This document shows, one piece after another, positions 25,201 through 39,070 of a DNA stretch of 64,000 bases. Origin of the DNA: Oculina patagonica. Its lineage: Eukaryota. How positions within the stretch are numbered: the first letter of the stretch is position 1; each line of letters starts with the position of its first letter. Under the pieces are notes generated by a model. It saw only the letters and a list, made by a program, of their open reading frames with translations, searched no databases and had not been told where the DNA came from. The stretch lies in the NCBI RefSeq assembly GCF_052425735.1, contig NC_135769.1, forward strand, positions 1,116,001 to 1,180,000, given 5' to 3'. A program made the position numbers and the translations under genes.

Positions 25201-28200
25201 ATGAGAGGCCTGGAGCGAATGTCAAAACAGAGAGGAATAGCAAGGCTTGTGCAGAGAGTCTACCTTAATAATCCAAGCCAAGCAAACTACATTATCACCG
25301 CATTTCCTACCTGGCTTTCCTGCATTGCCATGCAGTTGCTAGGTTTCACCACCCCTGAGTTGAGAGAGGCACTTTGACAGTAACATACATGCCTTGTCCA
25401 ACAAACACAAGGAAGAGGGCCATCAGGCTACTGTACTTTTGACTCTGGATCATTAGCGCACCATGTACACCTACTATTCAACAAGCCATTTAATCTTGTT
25501 TCATTTATACATTGTAAAAACTTGTTCAATCACGATTTTCCTCCTGTTTCTCTTTTCAGTGAATTGTGTATCTGTTGTCCCACTACTGTGTCATTTTATT
25601 GCTGAGTGTGGACATGATGAAGGAGGAATAATTGTTGGCCGTGAAGTGTCACTGACTGAATCCTTCTCAGTGATGAATGTCATTCTTGTGGCAGATCCAA
25701 TCACTGTTCTGACAGCCATGGAAAAGGGTAATTAAGCTCTGTTGTATTGTGATATTAATCATAATTTTGTTTAACTCTTCTTAGTAGTCATGCTTCCAAC
25801 TGGTTCACAGAATTCACCTCAGACATTTCAAATCTTCATAGGCATGCAATGTGTGCAGATGGTTATGAGTTTTGTTTATTTGCCCCTCAAAGGAATTAAT
25901 TAATTAATTAATCATTATATTTGGTTACAAAGAAAAAGTAGTGGGGAGACCAAAAAACGAGAGAGCTTATCCATAGTTCAGCCTCTCCAATGCTCCTCGA
26001 TGTAGCTGCAGTCCTTTGGATGCATTGCATACCTATGATACTAGGTAGTAATTACTGCTGTACAAGTTTGATTCAAATGAAACTAGGCACATGTATGATT
26101 AGTTGTCACTAGAAGAGGCCAAAATATTAAATAATTAGAGAGGCTGCTCGATATAGCAAGGTTCAACTTTAGCCAGTTAGGTATATCTTTAAAGTGGTAT
26201 GTTTTAATTTTTTTGCAGATCCAAGAATTATGAAGGTTCTCCTAGGTCTTCTAGGATATTCATGCAAGATTCATCGGAAAAGAAGCAAGAGCAGTATTAA
26301 CAGGCTTTCATTCACAGAAAATGATGAACATAAGTTTGAAAGGAGTATAAGCAATGAAGATACATTTAGCAATCTTAAAAATGACACAGACAATGCAAAC
26401 ACAGTCCACTGTTCAGATGCTCAACCTTCAACAAGTACAAGTTGTGTACAGAATGAAGAAAGTGCTGAGTCAGGAGAAAAATTACAAAAATCAGCTGATC
26501 AGGATAACAAGCCACCAGATGAAGTGGCTGATGAAACAGAAGGTAATTAAATTTGTACTTTGTTAAGTGTGCAATGGTAAAAGGTGTGACCAACAGCTTT
26601 GCTTACCTACCACCACAGGTCTACATGTACTGGCCATCACTGTGAGGTAAGTTAAGTCTGCATTCCTGCCTAGTGGTCCATCAGGCTGGAACTTATCCCG
26701 GTTTCTTTAGCATGAAGTGACTAGGAGTATTTCTAATTCCAGTTAATAATAGTTGAAAACTGCGTAGCGTCTTTTATGCTAGAAATAATTGTTAATGTTC
26801 CAAAATGACGCTAAATGGCGGTATAAAACTGCTCCGACGTTTCGGCAATACTGCCTTCTTCAGGGTGGATTTCTTCGTGCCACCCTGAAGAAGGCAGTAT
26901 TGCCGAAACGTCGGAGCAGTTTTATACCGCCATTTAGCGTCATTTTGGAACATTAACAAGTATTTCTAATTCCCCCTGGACGGGATGCTAGTCCATCACA
27001 GGGTTACCCCCAGCATTAAATTTGCTGGTACCCATTTATACATTTGGGTGGAGAGAGGCAGATGACCCTGGCCAGGGCTCAAACCCGGACTGCTGGATCC
27101 AGAGTCCAGCGCACTATCAGGCCACCGCGCCTCTCATGACCAACACTATAAACAACTTGATCTTTCCCCAGATTCCAGCAGTAAGGTAACTTCCATTACT
27201 TTAATAACAAATTTGCAGTTTCCCCTCAATACATGTAGGTTCAGCAGCCATTTCTGCATGGTCATGTGAACCATTCCACTGCCTCCCCCCACCCCTAGTG
27301 ATTTTTCAACCCCTTGCACTGTTACAAATATTTTTTTCTTAGGTATCCTAGGATAAGTGAACTTATAACCATGATCATAATTTGATAATTTAAAATAATG
27401 TGTTGTTTTATGTTTTTAAAGCCAACAGAAGAGAATCAACACATGCAGCAGCTTGTTCTTCCAAAGAAGCAGAAAGAAATCAGCACGACTGGGAAGTCAA
27501 TATTGCTGATATCCATCACCAGTACTTTACAGTGGCTACTAGCTTTTTAAAAGATATCATTTCAGAATCTGCCAAGGTAGGTGTTATGTACCGGTAATAT
27601 TTCAAACATGCACTTGTAACATTTTTTCATAAGGATATCCAAACTACCGAGAGGAGAGTTGAAAATAAGATGTGCAGCAGAGTATTTTTGATGAAATTTG
27701 AGGTGTTTGGATAGCGGATGAAACACTGTCTCGAGTGTTTGATATATCTTCTTGATTGAAACACAAACGGTGGAGTAAACATAGAAATAAAATCGTAAAA
27801 GAACTATGCTTATTAAGACGGGGTATCCAAACCTTCTTCATGGCTATGATTTCCTTTGTTTTAATCTGATGAATTATTAATGAGTTTGAGAACTTATCAC
27901 CAATGTTCAAGTAATAAGTTGGGTCAGTATCACATTAATGGTACCAATCTGTTATCTTACAGGCTCCAAAATGTGTTTCAAGCATGTTAGCACCTCACGA
28001 GTCCCTTCTTCAGAAGATAGTTCACTATGCCAGCAGAATAACAGTCTACAATACACTGGTGAGTAACAAATTAATGTTGTACCAAATTAAGGGGAGGATG
28101 TTGTTAGCAAGACCCCCTTCCCCCCATGCAATGACCTTTCATAGCACCAAAATCTGCCATCCCCCTCCCTGTATTTTTGTTAAGTTGCCCTAAGCTTACA

Positions 28201-28904
28201 ATTAAAATTGGCTGTTATCCATTTATGCTCCTGGTTGGAGAGCCCTGTGAGAGTAAATTACAGTAGAATCCCAATTTCTCCTACCCTCCATTTCTCTTAA
28301 CTCCTGGGCCCAGTTGTTCAAAGCACGATTAAGCTAATCCAGGATTAGCGTGAAATTTGATTTCAATTTTATATAATTTTGTTGAGGTTTTCTGTTAATA
28401 TTTTCTGTCCCACAGTTTTGACACAGACCAATCTCAAACTTAACAAAATATTAGCTTTGGGAAACCCTTTAAAACAAGAGAAATTAAAATCTTGATCATC
28501 TTTTAATCCTGGGTTAGCGTTAATCGTCTTTCGAACAACCCGGCCCTGATTTCTTGAAGCAATTTCTCTGTAGTTTTACCCCCAATTTTTTGAACTTCCT
28601 GATTTCTTGAAGCAATTTTTGTTTTCCCTGGAGGTTCGAGAAATCGAGATTCTACTGTAATTTTCAATAATTTATCGCAATTATGACCTGTTCCCCATAC
28701 ATTATAATTCTCAGGTATGTGAGTTGGTAGAATCAACACTTAGCATATCTGAACTGTCCACTCTACACAAGAAGCTTTCAGAAAGACTTTATACACAAAA
28801 GGTAGGTTTTACTTAAATTCTGTTTTAACCCTTTACTTCTGGAGAAAAATATGTGACAAAACAAAAATTAATATTGTATTTATAATTTGCTCTTTCAGGT
28901 GTGA
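19967..28904 (+). CDS. SAAL1: Protein SAAL1 (serum amyloid A-like 1), ARM-like
   Basis: N-terminus [29 protein letters not shown], then [29 protein letters not shown]. Exons 19967-20236, 21689-21772, 23136-23215, 23458-23517, 24013-24125, 24326-24455, 25007-25089, 25560-25727, 26219-26542, 27422-27576, 27963-28058, 28715-28801, 28899-28904. The last exons are less certain. Confidence 0.9.
20737..20934 (+). repeat. Interstitial telomere-like (TTAGGG)n array with TTAGCT/TTAGTT/TTAGTG variant units
   Basis: Direct reading of the sequence. Confidence 0.93.
21051..21276. repeat. 66-bp tandem repeat, ~3.4 copies
   Basis: TAAATT..GACGGTGTAGACGCGTAGACGCGTAGCCAC..AACTTCCAGGACTTGGAA units start at 21051, 21117, 21183 and 21249. 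Confidence 0.92.
21921..22600. mobile_element. MITE interrupted by a SINE
   Basis: Inverted ends TGTTTTTACACTAGA..TGTGTTA.. / ..TAACACGTCTCTAGTGTAAAAAC. Confidence 0.65.
22148..22530 (+). mobile_element. tRNA-headed SINE with a Deu/Nin-like central domain and an L2-like 3' tail
   Basis: A box TAGCTCAGTTGG and B box GGTTCGAACCC; GACGTTAAAGAACCC..TTCGCAAAGAGTAGGG domain; tail TGTAAAGCGCTTTTG..GCGCTATATAAATGC plus (ATTATC)n. Confidence 0.85.
24714..24944. mobile_element. MITE-like repeat with internal (ACTGGGATTT)-type subrepeats
   Basis: Inverted ends AGAGAGTCCTGAAGGGG ... CCCCTTCTCAGGATCCTCT and repeated TGGGATTT motifs. Confidence 0.55.
26741..26959. mobile_element. Penelope-like/retrozyme-type short insertion: perfect 80-bp inverted repeat, one hammerhead ribozyme per strand
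   Basis: Arms 26789-26868 and 26880-26959 with an 11-nt loop. TSD GTATTTCTAATTCC at 26727-26740 and 26960-26973. Confidence 0.85.
26878..26918 (+). ncRNA. Minimal type I hammerhead ribozyme (mirror copy on the - strand at ~26830-26870)
   Basis: CTGAAGA (26885-26891), A, stem II GGCA-gtat-TGCC, GAAA, then CGTC with predicted cleavage after C26912. Stem I is TGC.CC / GG.GCA. Confidence 0.75.
28261..28657. mobile_element. Tc1/mariner-type MITE (TA TSD) containing a nested Harbinger-like MITE (28307-28545, CTG TSD)
   Basis: Outer element TA-CAGTAGAATC...GATTCTACTG-TA. Inner element CTG-GGCCCAGTTGTTC...GAACAACCCGGCC-CTG. Confidence 0.8.
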
Positions 28905-29565
28905 GCAGAGCAAGCAACAAAGAAAAAAAAGGAACCGATTGTGTAAATAACCCGACCTGCTTTCCGATTAACTAAGTATAATAATGAAGTACTCCATATG
29001 AACTCTTGGAAGAAGACACTCTCTCTCCTGGCAAAATGAACTTTTTTGGGACATGGGATTCATGGAAGAACGTGTTCTGCAATGCTACAGTGAAGTCTTA
29101 ATGAAACTTTAATTTATTGTTTTGGTCAAGTCTTCTGTAGCAGAGCATGGACGTATGTACGGAAGCATTGATAGATAGGAATAAAATAGCCACATGTCAA
29201 TAACATATCAATTCTATCAGCAAAAAGTCTGTCGTAGATTTTGAGTGAACGCACAAGAAGATTCCATCATGTCTTTCAGCTGACATATTTTTGTAAATAA
29301 ACCTGAACATAAAATGTTTGTTTGTTTGTTGTCATGATTTCTATGTTCAGGCAAAATGATTTTAAGTCTTGTAAAAATGCTAGCCTGCAGAAGCACCTTT
29401 GTTTCATTTTGTGTGTCTGTGTGGCATGTCCATGCCCACTGGGTAGCCTGCAAGCAGCCTTAGATATTTGGGATATCACATGTGAATATCTTGACAGGGA
29501 AGCTATTTGCAAGCTGGTGGGAAGCTCATGAATGCAGCTTCATTACCAAGATACTCGTGTATCAA

Positions 29566-29862
29566 AGGTAAAGCCTGCTGTTGAGCCAAGTGGCTCATCA
29601 GGCCGGAGCTTATCCCGGTTTCTGTAGCATTAAGCGACTAGGAGTATTGCTACTCCCCCCTGGATGGGATGCTAGTCCATTGCAGGGTTACCCCCCAGCA
29701 GTAAATTCGCCGGTACCCATTTGTACACCTGGGTGGAGAGAGGCACTGTGAGAGTAAAGTGTCTTGCCCAAGAACACAACGCAGCGCCCCAGCCAGGCCT
29801 CGAACCCGGGCCATTCGACTCGGAGGCGAGCACGCTAACCATTAGGCCACCGCGCCTCCCAC
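29566..29862 (-). mobile_element. Intact young tRNA-derived SINE with a 13-bp TSD
   Basis: A box TGGCCTAATGGTTAG and B box GGTTCGAGGCC on the - strand. TSD ACTCGTGTATCAA at 29553-29565 and 29863-29875. Confidence 0.92.
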
Positions 29863-32800
29863 ACTCGTGTATCAAGAATCCCCAAAATAGTGAGCCTGCT
29901 TGCAGGCTAGTCGGTACTGCTCTTTTTAAATATTTGGTTCATACTTTAGCCTGCACTATCGAGTAATGGTGAATGCGGGAAGTTTGGAAGGAACAAAAGA
30001 AGTGTAAGAGTTGCTCAAGGCGATAGCCGAGAGAAACTCCAGCTTCCTGAGCTCCAAACTTCCCACATGCACCATATCTTGATAGTGCACAGCTAAAAGC
30101 ATGTACCAAAGAGATATTGTTTTTATCATTTTATAACAATAAACCTGCGCAAGAAAAAAGACTTTTCTGGCAAAGCAATTTGCTCACGCCATCAGCATGC
30201 TCTATTTAATGAATTTGATTGCGCGGCTCTGCTTTCTGTGCCAAAAATCCTTTTTAAATCACTTTTCATGAGTACTCCTAATATGTGTTACTAATATAAA
30301 CCAGATCACAATAAACAAGAAAACCACTGAATCAATGCCTTTTTTATTTGGATTCAATTGCTCTAATTAATAAATTTGTATTATACAACTCTTGGCTTCA
30401 TGGTTTTATTATTTTCCAAACCAAGCATGATTACTTTAATCCAAGTACAAAGATAATCAGATTGATCAACTTCAAAACTTTTTAATCCAAGTACAAAGAT
30501 AATCAGAATTTAAAGATTTTCTATTCCCTCGCAAGTTGAGTCAACCTTACATGTCACAAATTCATTATCAATGCAATATTACTTTTTTAATTCTCATTAC
30601 TTTGTATTGTGATCAGAAATTTGATGTTGATTGATTACTCTTGGGAACTAAAGAAGAATATTTTGCAACAATTTATAGGAACAATCACAATCCAAATGTA
30701 ACATTGGTTCATGCAAAATAATATTGTGTTGGTAAACTCATACTTTATTTCTCTCAATGATGCCTGTGCGCAGTAAGGTCCTATCAACTTTTTTTGGCTA
30801 GTTTTTAAATTTCACTTTTTTGGAACAGAAACGTAGCAAGACTAATACCTAATTTCTATGTTGTTAAAATGTAACATGAATCTGTTGTCATTTGTCAATG
30901 AGTTATTTGAAATAAACAGTAGAACTTGTCAAAAATTGCTGATAGGACCTTTCTTCACTTTGCTCTATGATAACCACTGAGATATATAACATAGCAAACA
31001 CGAGAGGCAGTATTTCATCGGAACATTTCCAAGAACTAAAAGGCGAGTTGAAAATGATGCATAGCACTATATTTTGATGAAACACTTTCCCACGTGTTTG
31101 ATATATCTTATCAATCAAAACTAAAACTAAACAGTTACCAAAGAGAAATAGAGTGATTTCATTTAACCCGTGAAACAATATCTAGCAGTTTGTGCATAAT
31201 AGTCAAAAGGAAACAAAAGAAAATAATGGAATTAGTGTCTAATAGTATCTAAAAGTGTAATAACTATTTCACGGGTTAACTGAAATCACTCTTAAGTTGT
31301 AAAAACTGTTGCATTGTGATTTCCTTGTTTAGCTTGATGAATTAAATGAATTTAAGAAACTTGGTTCAACTACACATGTCCAGTAGTGGGTGGGGTATAA
31401 GTTGTATGTATTAAATCTAATTCTTTAATAGAATTTCCAAAACAACTCAAAATCAAGTATCGACGCAGTGAATTGTTTTAAAAAATTCTACCTTTTTCTG
31501 CTATGCAAATTTAATTCTCTAAATAAAGTGTATGCAGCATTTTTTTATATTCTATGTGAATGATAAATAGTGGTAAATAAACCATTGACACTTTGCTCAG
31601 CAGTTTTTTGTTATGATAGTCCATATCAAAAATAATGATTTTTTTTGATAATATAATTTTTTTATGTACAATACTGTAGTTTAAAATATAGAATTATATG
31701 CCAATATGGTAGTTATCAGAATATGGTCAACTTGTTTCCTTTCATTCCCAAGTCAAAGAGCTAGAGTTGAAATGTTCCCTGCCATTTCAATAACAAAAAG
31801 TGTTTAGGCTTCCATTGGTTTACAAAAATTACTACCAAGCACCATAGGCCTGCAATGTGTGCAAACGGCTTCTGCTACGTAGCTTTCTGTACACATTTCT
31901 ATTCGATAATGAAAAGTACTATGTATCTTTGATGTCCATTAGATTAAAATAAAACTGCACTTAATAAATTATCTCTAAGTCTAAGTAGATGCTGTGAGCA
32001 GACCTTTTTTTGCTCCATGTGTCATCAAGCAAGAGACTTGTTAGTTTAGTAAACAGCCATTGTTTGGGCTGAGCATTGCATGATGAGCCCAAAATTTTAA
32101 TAATGGCTGGAAGAGACTAGGGGTTCCTGCTTCATGTCCAAATTTTACATGACCATTGATTTTTTTTTTCACATGTTTTGCTTCTTGCTTGATGCTACCA
32201 GATGCTACCTTGATGCTAAATAAATTTTAAAAACAAATACCCAGTTTAAAATATTATAGACTGCTCAGCAGTGCTAATCTAATCCTGATTTTCACAAAAT
32301 GGACACATCCCAAAGAAGCTACTTTAAAACATGTTCTATAGGGGGGTTTGACTTGGCACCTATCGATTTGATCACTTCTGCTTTCTCTGTTAAATATTTT
32401 TGTGTGCCCACCTGATATAATTATTCAAAGATAAGCACTAATATTCAATCAACTATGCTAAATTAAAATGTTGACTTCTTAACTACCGCATAATTTATTT
32501 TGTATAAAAATCACATTTTCTTGAAATCACTTTCAAAAAAAAAAAAATATTTGACAGTTTGAGAATGAAAATACTTGAAGCACTTTCTTGAAAATTATAA
32601 AGGCCAGTGTTTGTTATAGTATTATTATTGATAATAGATAAATAATATTTGGAATTTGTACATACTGTATAAGAACTATTTAATGCTAGGATAAAATAGG
32701 AGGTTGTCTCACTTCCAAGATATCTGCAACAGAGATAAATAATATTAAAGATTGTACATTTAGTAAATTATAAATCCTTACATCACAAACAAACATACTT

Positions 32801-33490
32801 TTTGGTGCCTTGTGCATCACTTAGTATGGGACAAGGTTAGGTAACAAAAAATTCCATTTGTCAAATGAATTTACAAATTTTGTAATACCAAAATGAAAAA
32901 TTTTGCAAAAAGCCATCATCAATGAAAGTACTTAATTCATGAACTCACCTTTCATAATTTTATTCCAAGGTAGTGTAACATATGTTAGGTATGCCGAAAG
33001 CGCAAGACTGCTTAGATTTTTCTTTCTGGGGGATAAGAAGAATTTATAACACAACTGTTAAAAATAATTATAAAATTGAGGTCAGAACCAAAAATATACA
33101 CAAAAACTTGCTCTGTAGCTAAAAGCCACATTCTAAGCTGTCTGAAAGCATATTTTATTCATATTAAATCAATTTTAATTTGTAAGTCATCTAACTTAGT
33201 ATTTAAAATGTACCTGAATTTCATCCATTGCTGTGAAGGCGATAATAAACCTAATTAACACACACAAAAAATGAATTTAATATATTGACATTTTTTTTAA
33301 ATTATCATTTGTGCATTGACAACAACTACTTCATTCTAGTTGGACTAAACATTCATACAGTGTAATGACTGCCAGATCAAGAACAAATTCTGAAGGGTTT
33401 CAAACAATGATCAATGCAAAACAATACCAACATTGGGAATCTAATTTCTTCTTCAAAATGGCGTAGTTGAAAGGAACCATGTCACCGATT

Positions 33491-36400
33491 TTATCCAAAA
33501 GTACCGTAGTAAGCTGAAACCATGGACAAAGAATTCAACAAATACAAATGCACAATCATAAATAATTTATATCAATGAAACCTTTTTTCTTTTTGTCTGG
33601 ACTGGTTTCACTGTATCTTGTGCCGTCAAGTCCTACAGTCCATCTGGGATAATCATTGTATCCGGGCTGCACTCCACAAGAACACTTTTCATCCTGAACA
33701 GGCATTTGGCGATTGGTTAGGGAGGAAGAAGTTCTTTCTCCACAGTCAGAACATGTTCTCCTGAAAGGAAAAGCATGAATCACGGCACCATAAGTGATTT
33801 TAGGTTGGTATATGTGGTGGTTTAAATTTATTTTTGGTTTAGATTATTGTTCACACCAGTTTGATTTTAATTTTTCATTGTCTCATATTCAGTATCACAA
33901 TCAAACTCATTAACTGGTAAATGAAAATTTTAAAACAAACATATACAAAGTACAGAACTGTACATTCTAAGGAAAGAAAATTAACATGGCTGAAAAGTCA
34001 CATTATTGCTCTTCAGTTTAGACACTGATTTACAAAAATAACACCACAATCCTACCAGTCACTGTTTTCTGTGTCCTCTAAACCACTTCTCTCCTCCAGT
34101 CCCCTCTGTTGTGTGATTGCCATCTCTGCGTGACCTTTACCACCGGGGCCTTTCATTTTGATGAACTCTACATTAGCCGGTCCTCTCCACCATCCCATGG
34201 ATACTTTACGAGCCACTTTACTGGCTACACTGGCCTGCAACCACAAGAACAAACAAGCCAACATCATTATAATACAGTAGTCATTTCTCAACCTGATCAA
34301 CTTGTATAAACTACTTTTTTTCAGTGACTTGAGGAAAATAGCAAACCTAAAATCAATCAACAATTAAATTTTTAACATTTTTATATTGTACATAATTTTA
34401 TTGTCCCACGGCCCCTATGGATACCAGGCTCGTTGCTGAATTGGCTACCCTGGAAAAATAAAGTTCCTTACATTACCTTTACCTAATGTTGGACAATGTT
34501 CTACTGTCAAGAGTTGCATGTGCTTGATTGGAATTATTGAACTTGAAAACATTAAAACACAGTCTAGCATTGATTTTAGTATTTTATCATTAATAACTGC
34601 TTTTATTAACAGCACACTTACCCGTCCATCATAAACCTTTTTGAGTGATTCATATCTTATGGATCCCAAGAAGATAACTCCTTCCACTGATTCAGTCTAC
34701 AAGACAAAGGCATAGATTTTATGAAGTTATGAATTTTTATGCGTTACATACAACATACACCATAGCAAACTGATGCTTGTTGTGCACGTACCAATGGCAA
34801 AGTGCACAAGTAAAAAAACAACAAGTACATGTGTCGCACCTCTGAACATAAACACAATGAAAATAAATCATTATTATGGAATGCAACAAATCATAACAAG
34901 TACCTTATCTTTGGCCACTAACTCCACACAGACCATTTCATTTTCCTGCAGTGAAAAGTCTCTGAATGTCTGTTGGAAAAATGTAAACAGTTGCATGATT
35001 AACAAGAGATTTGAAAACACAAAATGTCGTTTCAGTTTTGACGAGAAATGTTCATAACCAAGGCAAGAACTAACAAAGGTTCAGCACAGAATATGTACTA
35101 AACTCTCCCTTAACAGAGACCTATAAGATGGACACCTCTATAAGCCATTAACTGTATTTTACTGTAACTAAACAGTGTGACTAAACTCCCTATAAGATGG
35201 ACAGTTGGAGCTGGTTGCAAAAGTGTCTGTTTTAGAGAGAGTTGACTGTAACCCACAACTGCTTGGTGTAAGGACTAACTGATGGGAGAGGTATATCCAC
35301 AAATTGAACCAGCACAGCCCTCCTTCACAAAGATACATGTAGATAGTGTATACAAGATAATATTTTATCAAACTTAAGTTCTGATAATAAAGCAGATATC
35401 ATTTTTAAAGGACAGACTGAGAAGAAACGTACCTCTTCAAAATTATCCAAAATAAAGAATATGTTGGGGTATGAAATCTCAGCAGAACTTCCTTTAGAAT
35501 CCATTCTAAAAGAAGATAGGTGTAAGGAAAGGAAGTCAATTTAAAATAAATATATAAATTTTTTTAAAAAATAACAAGGTCTTTCCAAAACACTTATTAC
35601 AACATACTGTGTTACGGACATGACAACACTCACCTCCGCCTGTTTGGTGAAGCATACACCTTCTGTAGGTATAACAGAACAAAAAGTGTATAGAGTGTGT
35701 TCATGGCAGCCATGTTGGAGGAGTCAAACAATAAAAGATATGTGCATTTAAATGAATTCTTTTCCCAAAGGAAAATCATTCTGGCTATTGTTTTACTCCT
35801 CCATTATGGTCACCATGGGCACACTCCATTTACCGTGTTTCACATTGTATGGTCATGTATAATAACAACTTGTAAAGGATCTATATGTCGTATTTATGAT
35901 GTTGATCAAGTAACTTATTACCAATAATAAGAGAGAAGCTCTAGGACATTTCAAAGTTGTCTTTTGTCTCTGTTACAACATTAAGTCTAGTATAAAGATC
36001 TTTCATGTGAAATAAGTTTTTTGTTTTTTTGCAGCTGGCTAAATCTTGAAATACAAAAAAAGGAACTTGAAAATTTTCTATTAATAGTGAAGCCTCCATT
36101 TAGGGAAATTCTTTGGAAAGAGAAAGTGTCCCTATAATATAGAGGTTACAGATACAAAGATAATATGATTGAATGTTTTGCCAGGCAGAAATAACGTGTT
36201 GTAATAAGGGAGGTGTACCATAATGAAGATGTCCCAAAGTTCAGTTTCTATTGTGAAATTACAACAGTTTTACCACAATATGTCAAAGTTGATCAATTGC
36301 TTTATTCTCATCACCTGTGGGCTTTACAATGTGTTGATAAAGTAGGGAGAAATAAAACATCAATCACTCTTGGGGCAGACAGACCCACCTGTGATATTCT

Positions 36401-39070
36401 ACTCAGAACTCTCATTTCTTTCTCTTGAGGCTTTGTGCAGATAGCACATGTCAGTGTGTACTCAAACTAAACAGCAACAAAATGCCAAAAATAATAGTTA
36501 TAATTACAAATAATGTCAATTTATTGTAAATAATAATTATATATATAATGTTCAAAATTGAGACAAAAGACTATAGAAGACTTGATAACCACAATTTTCT
36601 CAGATCATGCTTAAATTAACAGATTGAAGTTTAATAAGAAGTGCTTATTTGCATGTTGATTGTAATAGTCAATGTCCATTTCTATTCATTTTGAAAGAAA
36701 ACATACAAAATGTGTGATTGAACAACGAGTGAAGTTATATTTTAACACAATAGTCAACTTGCTCTTATTCTTTAAATTTACTTGCAAATGATAGTCCAAA
36801 AACAAGTTACGCTTTATTGGCTATTCAATCATAGCCTCTTACAAACTGTAGTCTAAATGTTAATTAGTTAATTTAAAATTAAGTTATTTTTAATTACTGT
36901 CAGTCACTGATGCAAAACAATAGGTTGGGCAACTAATTTATCCAAGTCTTTGATCTACAACATTCATAAACTTCCTGTTTTTATGGCTATGCATTCCAGG
37001 ACAATTAAACATTGTCACATTTATGGATCTGCATGACTCACTTGATGTAATATTAGGTTTAGATAAACTGACTCTTCCCAATCAATCCCTGGATCACCCA
37101 AGCTGAAAAAAAAATCAGAAATCAAATGTAAATTATTCAAAGAAAAATTTAATTAGTTAACTTAATTAAATTTTATCTGAAACCTAATCTTAAAATATAA
37201 ACAAACTCAGCAAGACATGCATTCTGCTTATACAATAAAATCACACAAACCTTGGAAGAACTTTAGAGTCTTTTCTGAACACTGCAATTTTAGACTAGAA
37301 ATCAAAGAAAAATAAAATATTAAAAAAAGAACAGATGTGAAAATCTTTATCACTTAAAATTCCACAGGGATAAAAGTTAGAACCACACTAATTCATTCAA
37401 GGTTGTGACTCTGACAATTAAAATGTTAAGGCACAAAATTTTATTTAATTACAGTTCTTGACAGATTCTAAGTCTTGCAAGAAACAAGACTCATAAGAAT
37501 GATTGAGACTTATTTTGGGAGAAATATGACTCATACCAAGAAAAAAAGGGCAAATTTATTTGGAGCAGTATCATAAGATGCAACTCTTGTCTCACAATAA
37601 TTTATAAAATACTCAGTGCCAACAGAGCTGTGCTCTAGCAGAGCCCGGATGCAACAGGCATCTACTTTTGCCTTTGGCGACTTGAATAACTTTGCTATCA
37701 TGAAAGCTTTTGAGCTGGGCACCCAAGATTTCTTATAATAGAGCTTGGGCGCACTGCAATAATATTATTCTTATAGCACAGCTTTGAGTGCCAAATACAA
37801 GACTAAACATGACTAACGCATACCTCTGCTTGTTCCTTTTCTACTTTTCCATCTTTATTGGTACTTTTTCCTTTTACATAGAACAGAAGATCATCCCTTG
37901 TTTCATCATCATTATAAACAAATCTGTGAGAAAAGCCTTGTCCAGAAAGACTCAATGGCCAGCACAATAAATCCCTCTGCAGAAATGATAAGAAAATAAG
38001 CAAAACTTATAATTTTTCATTTAATTTATCATGCACATTTTTTATAAGACCAAGACAAAGTACAAAAGAAATGGTAATCTTGTTACACAATTAAAGATAA
38101 AAATGAAAGGGGGGCATGCACTCTGACGGCTTTCAATACTTTTAAGGGACCGCACTCTAAGGAAAACAACTGATACACGCAGGGCAAAATGGGCAAAATG
38201 TAAAAGCGACATACGCGCAAAATGACAAATTTATTGAAAAAACACATCACGTTTGTTCTTCAGTTTGCTTGCAGCTAGTTCCACGCCAGTTTGCTTGAGG
38301 TTAGTTCCACTCTGGTTTGCTTGCAGTAAGTTCCACTCTGGTTTGCTTGCAGTTAGCTTTTATTTATTAGTAAGGGCAGCAATTTTTTTGAAATTGATAA
38401 CTGTATCACTTGCGTAGCACTACTTTTGTAAACTCCATTTCGTGTGTGCATTTAGACAATTGTTTTCCCTATATAGTGCAAGTCCCTTAAAAGTAACGAA
38501 AGCCCTCTGGACTATGGTCTATCCATGGACTGCCTTGTAACACACCCTGAGTCGTATCAAAGTTTCCCACCCACTTACAGCAATCTACATGAATGATAAA
38601 TTAACCTAATTATTAACCTAATTATACATGAGCTTAATCAAGCTTACATGTATAAACAGCTATAGGCCTTTGATTATTATTACATGTATATTTGTAATGA
38701 GCTCCGACTGAGAAACCAGGCCTTTGTTCAGCTGAATAGCCTCAAAAATAAATTCTAACAATTTCCCTTTTATTTTAATTAATTAGCACTAAAAAAACAT
38801 TTGCAGCATAAAAAAACAGCCGCATAAATGTCACTTTCCTTTTTTTTTTATCAACACACACGATTTCAACATGCCGCAAATCGGAACAATTCTACGAGCC
38901 AAATAAACGAAAGTTACCCATTTTTCCACCCATAAATTACTCTATGTCAATCTGTAAGCATTAAACTTACCTTCACTTTCTTTATCGAGATGTTCTCTTC
39001 GCCTTTCCCGGCATATACTCTCCAAAACTTTCGTTATGCTGTTTGTTCCTGCATTTTGGGCGGCCGCCAT
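33491..39070 (-). CDS. KIAA0930: KIAA0930 (DUF2045) homologue; exon 2 of this copy has an apparent 2-nt frameshift
   Basis: Exons 39070-38971, 37976-37824, 37294-37251, 37102-37042 (LGDPGIDWEESVYLNLIL), 36466-36389, 35662-35634, 35505-35433 (MDSKG..ISYPNIFF), 34969-34904 (EMVCVELVA), 34696-34622 (GVIFLGSIRYESLKKVYD), 34234-34056 (VEFIKMKGPGGKGHAEMA), 33760-33582 and ~33513-33491. The 3' end is uncertain. Confidence 0.9.

Larger units (their letters stand above)
26652..27135 (-). mobile_element. tRNA-derived SINE split by a hammerhead-bearing insertion
   Basis: Same family as 29566-29862; interrupted at GTATTTCTAATTCC. Confidence 0.85.

Noticed and set aside
29672-29966. ORFs of 67 and 81 aa
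   Set aside because: They lie largely within a SINE bounded by a TSD.
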